Positions 57,161 through 59,181 of a stretch of DNA of 59,181 nucleotides are shown piece after piece. Within the stretch, counting starts at the first letter, position 1; every line of letters starts with the position of its first letter. Position numbers and translations under genes: made by a program. The notes beneath the pieces were generated by a model. The model had not been told where the DNA came from. It saw only the letters and a list, made by a program, of their open reading frames with translations, and did not search any database. Source of the DNA: a virus (taxonomy: Duplodnaviria > Caudoviricetes); the IMG/VR virus record IMGVR_UViG_3300027906_000015, positions 1-59,181 of that record, one strand, 5' to 3'.

Positions 57161-57529
57161 ATGCAATCATTTAAAGAGTACATAGAATTCGACGAAGCCA
57201 TGACAATGGCTACCCGAATGAAAATGAAAGCAGCATTCCGAAAAAATAAAGCTAAGATAGCTTTAGGAAGAAAAAAAGCTGCGAAGAAACTCGCCTCCCC
57301 AGAAAAGCTTAAAGCAAGAGCTACAAAGCAAGCCCGAAACGTCCTAATTAAAAAACTTCTTAAGAATAAAGATAAGAAGCAATTATCATATGCTGAAAGA
57401 CAAGCTTTAGAAATTAAGATGGCTAAAAAACAGGGTGCTATAATGAAGATAGCTAAAAAGCTTTTACCCGCAGTAAAAAAAGCAGATAGAGAAAAAATGA
57501 AAGCGAGGCGAAATGACACATCAAGTTAA
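57161..57529 (+). CDS. Highly basic Lys/Ala-rich putative internal (DNA-binding) protein
   Basis: Composition; MQSFKEY...DEA N-terminus. Confidence 0.6.
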   Translation: MQSFKEYIEFDEAMTMATRMKMKAAFRKNKAKIALGRKKAAKKLASPEKLKARATKQARNVLIKKLLKNKDKKQLSYAERQALEIKMAKKQGAIMKIAKKLLPAVKKADREKMKARRNDTSS

Positions 57530-58502
57530 ATCATTCTCAGATTATTTAAAAGAAGATACAAATGAAATAACATTTGCATTCGGTAGATTTAATCCACCAA
57601 CAAGTGGACATGAAAAATTAATGAATGCGGTAAAGAAGTTATCAAGAGGTGGGACATATAGAATATATCCAAGCCAATCTCAAGATGCTAAAAAGAATCC
57701 GCTAGATTTTAAACTTAAAGTTAAGTTTATGAGAAAGATGTTTCCTAAACATGCTAGGAACATTATGAAAGATACAGGAATGAGAACAGCATTTGATGTT
57801 ATTGTTGCTTTATATGATCAAGGATATACTCAAGTTACATTTGTAGCTGGTGAAGATAGAGTTATAGAATTTGATAAACTCTTTAACAAATATAATGGTA
57901 CAAAAGGAAGACATGGTTTTTATCAATTTAAAAATGGTGTTAAAGTTGTAAGCGCGGGAGCGCGTGACCCAGACGCAGAAGGTGTTGAGGGTATGTCAGC
58001 TTCTAAACTAAGAGCAGCAGCTAGTGATAATGATTTAAAACTTTTTGCTAAAGGTATGCCAAAAGGATTTAAAGAAGTTGAAAATCTATTCAATGCAGTT
58101 AGAGCAGGAATGGGTTTAAAAGAATCGAAAGATTATAGAAAGCATGTACAATTAGAAAAGGTTTCCGATAGAAGAGAAGATTATATAAAAGGAAAACTAT
58201 TTAAAACTGGTGATGATGTTATAGTTAAAGAAAGCCAAGAGGTTGGAAAGATTACAGTTCTTGGAGCTAACTATGTTATGGTTGATTTTGGAAATGAAAC
58301 CAAAAAAAGATGTTGGCTCGAAGATATAGAATTATTCGAGACATTGGAAACAATGGCTGGAGAATGGGGTACTGATAAATCAGTTAAAACTTATCAAAAG
58401 GATACTCCAGGACAAAAAGAGATTTTAGATTTCAATAAGTTTATTCTTAATAATAAGAAAAAATTTAAAGAAGAAAATAAACAAAGATGGAAAAAAAGCT
58501 AA
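57513..58502 (+). CDS. HxGH-family nucleotidyltransferase (cytidyltransferase/NMNAT-like)
   Basis: FGRFNPPTSGH, KNPL, AGEDR, SASKLR. Confidence 0.8.
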   Translation: MTHQVKSFSDYLKEDTNEITFAFGRFNPPTSGHEKLMNAVKKLSRGGTYRIYPSQSQDAKKNPLDFKLKVKFMRKMFPKHARNIMKDTGMRTAFDVIVALYDQGYTQVTFVAGEDRVIEFDKLFNKYNGTKGRHGFYQFKNGVKVVSAGARDPDAEGVEGMSASKLRAAASDNDLKLFAKGMPKGFKEVENLFNAVRAGMGLKESKDYRKHVQLEKVSDRREDYIKGKLFKTGDDVIVKESQEVGKITVLGANYVMVDFGNETKKRCWLEDIELFETLETMAGEWGTDKSVKTYQKDTPGQKEILDFNKFILNNKKKFKEENKQRWKKS

Positions 58503-59181
58503 TAAGCGAGGGCAATATGAAAAACGAAAAGGGGAATATGTCCGGATCAAAGCTCACAGGGCAAGAGATCAGTACATATTTTAGAAAAAATCCTAAAGCA
58601 AAAGCAGTTAAAAAAGCTGTTGAGATTGCTTTAGATCACGGCGGAGCTATGAACTACGCAATTAAGGAAATAGAAAAACTTAAAAGAGGTTTATCGAAAC
58701 ATCCTGAAGTAAAGAAAGCATTAGACTATGCTAACTTCGAAAGTGTACAAAAAGAATCTGTTCAACTTTATGGTAAAATAATTAGTGAAAATTATACACG
58801 TAATTTCGAAACACTATGTCAATCACTTAAGTTAAATGGTATTCAGCAAAAGATACTAGATGATTTTATTCATAAAGGAAGAATAAGAGATCAATACGTA
58901 GGAAGAGTAGCTGGATCTAAAAAAGAAACTAGAATATTTGCAGGTAAAAAGAAATTCTCAGGATCAATAGATAATAGAAGCGAAGCATTAATGAACGCCC
59001 TCAAAGTTAATGCTAAACAAAAATCTATTCTTGATGCTTACCTCAAAACTGGAAAGGTTATTGGAAAATATACTGGTTCGATTGCTGGTTCAACTAAAGA
59101 TACTAAATCATATACTGGATTTAGAGGATTCAAAGAACATTTTGAAATAGAAGAAAAGGTTGGTAAAATGAGATCTTGGAG
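58487..59181 (+). CDS. Basic hypothetical protein, 3'-truncated by window edge
   Basis: Open frame from ATG 58487 (alternative 58517) to the window end; internal ~45 aa repeat. Confidence 0.65.
   Translation, partial: MEKKLISEGNMKNEKGNMSGSKLTGQEISTYFRKNPKAKAVKKAVEIALDHGGAMNYAIKEIEKLKRGLSKHPEVKKALDYANFESVQKESVQLYGKIISENYTRNFETLCQSLKLNGIQQKILDDFIHKGRIRDQYVGRVAGSKKETRIFAGKKKFSGSIDNRSEALMNALKVNAKQKSILDAYLKTGKVIGKYTGSIAGSTKDTKSYTGFRGFKEHFEIEEKVGKMRSW

Noticed and set aside
3345-57519. All minus-strand ORFs in the track (e.g. 15660..15977, 16633..16995, 54478..54840, 56358..56699, 57082..57519)
   Set aside because: They lie antisense to well-supported + strand genes, with no recognisable motifs or expression signals
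1-59181. Alternative genetic code or diversity-generating retroelement
   Set aside because: Core genes are intact in the standard code with TAA, TAG and TGA all used as stops; no reverse transcriptase or TR/VR pair seen

Overview
A 59 kb, AT-rich segment of a T4-like (Tevenvirinae/Kyanoviridae-style) myophage, probably aquatic. A proteobacterial, likely gammaproteobacterial, host is inferred from the bS21, a ROSE-like leader and a TorF-type porin. All credible genes are on the + strand. Gene order: tail-fibre/adhesin cassette (S74 chaperone domains, collagen repeat, 2OG-Fe(II) oxygenase); neck, tail and head core (gp13-gp23, gp3); uvsY, KpsS-like gene, uvsW; gp55, gp47, gp46; CobT/CobS-like pair; replication module (gp45, gp44, gp62, regA, hsp20, gp43, MazG-like, AEP primase); tRNA-Ala; accessory genes; a putative cytosine-hypermodification operon (MTase-like, Nmad1-like, dCMP-type thymidylate-synthase homologue, AsnB-like amidotransferase, dCMP deaminase); peroxiredoxin, bS21, uvsX, gp41; porin; and a late cluster of proteins with T4 capsid-targeting-like N-termini, including nuclease-like, ligase-like and nucleotidyltransferase enzymes. 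Regulatory signals are 11 sigma70-like GGGTTTAC-N-TGTGGTATAAT promoters (one antisense) and many TATAAATA late promoters. The most striking observations are the base-modification operon, CGCG-rich synonymous-codon islands inside genes, the putative virion-packaged enzyme cluster, and a ROSE-like thermometer upstream of hsp20. All product calls come from motif recognition and synteny; no searches were run.
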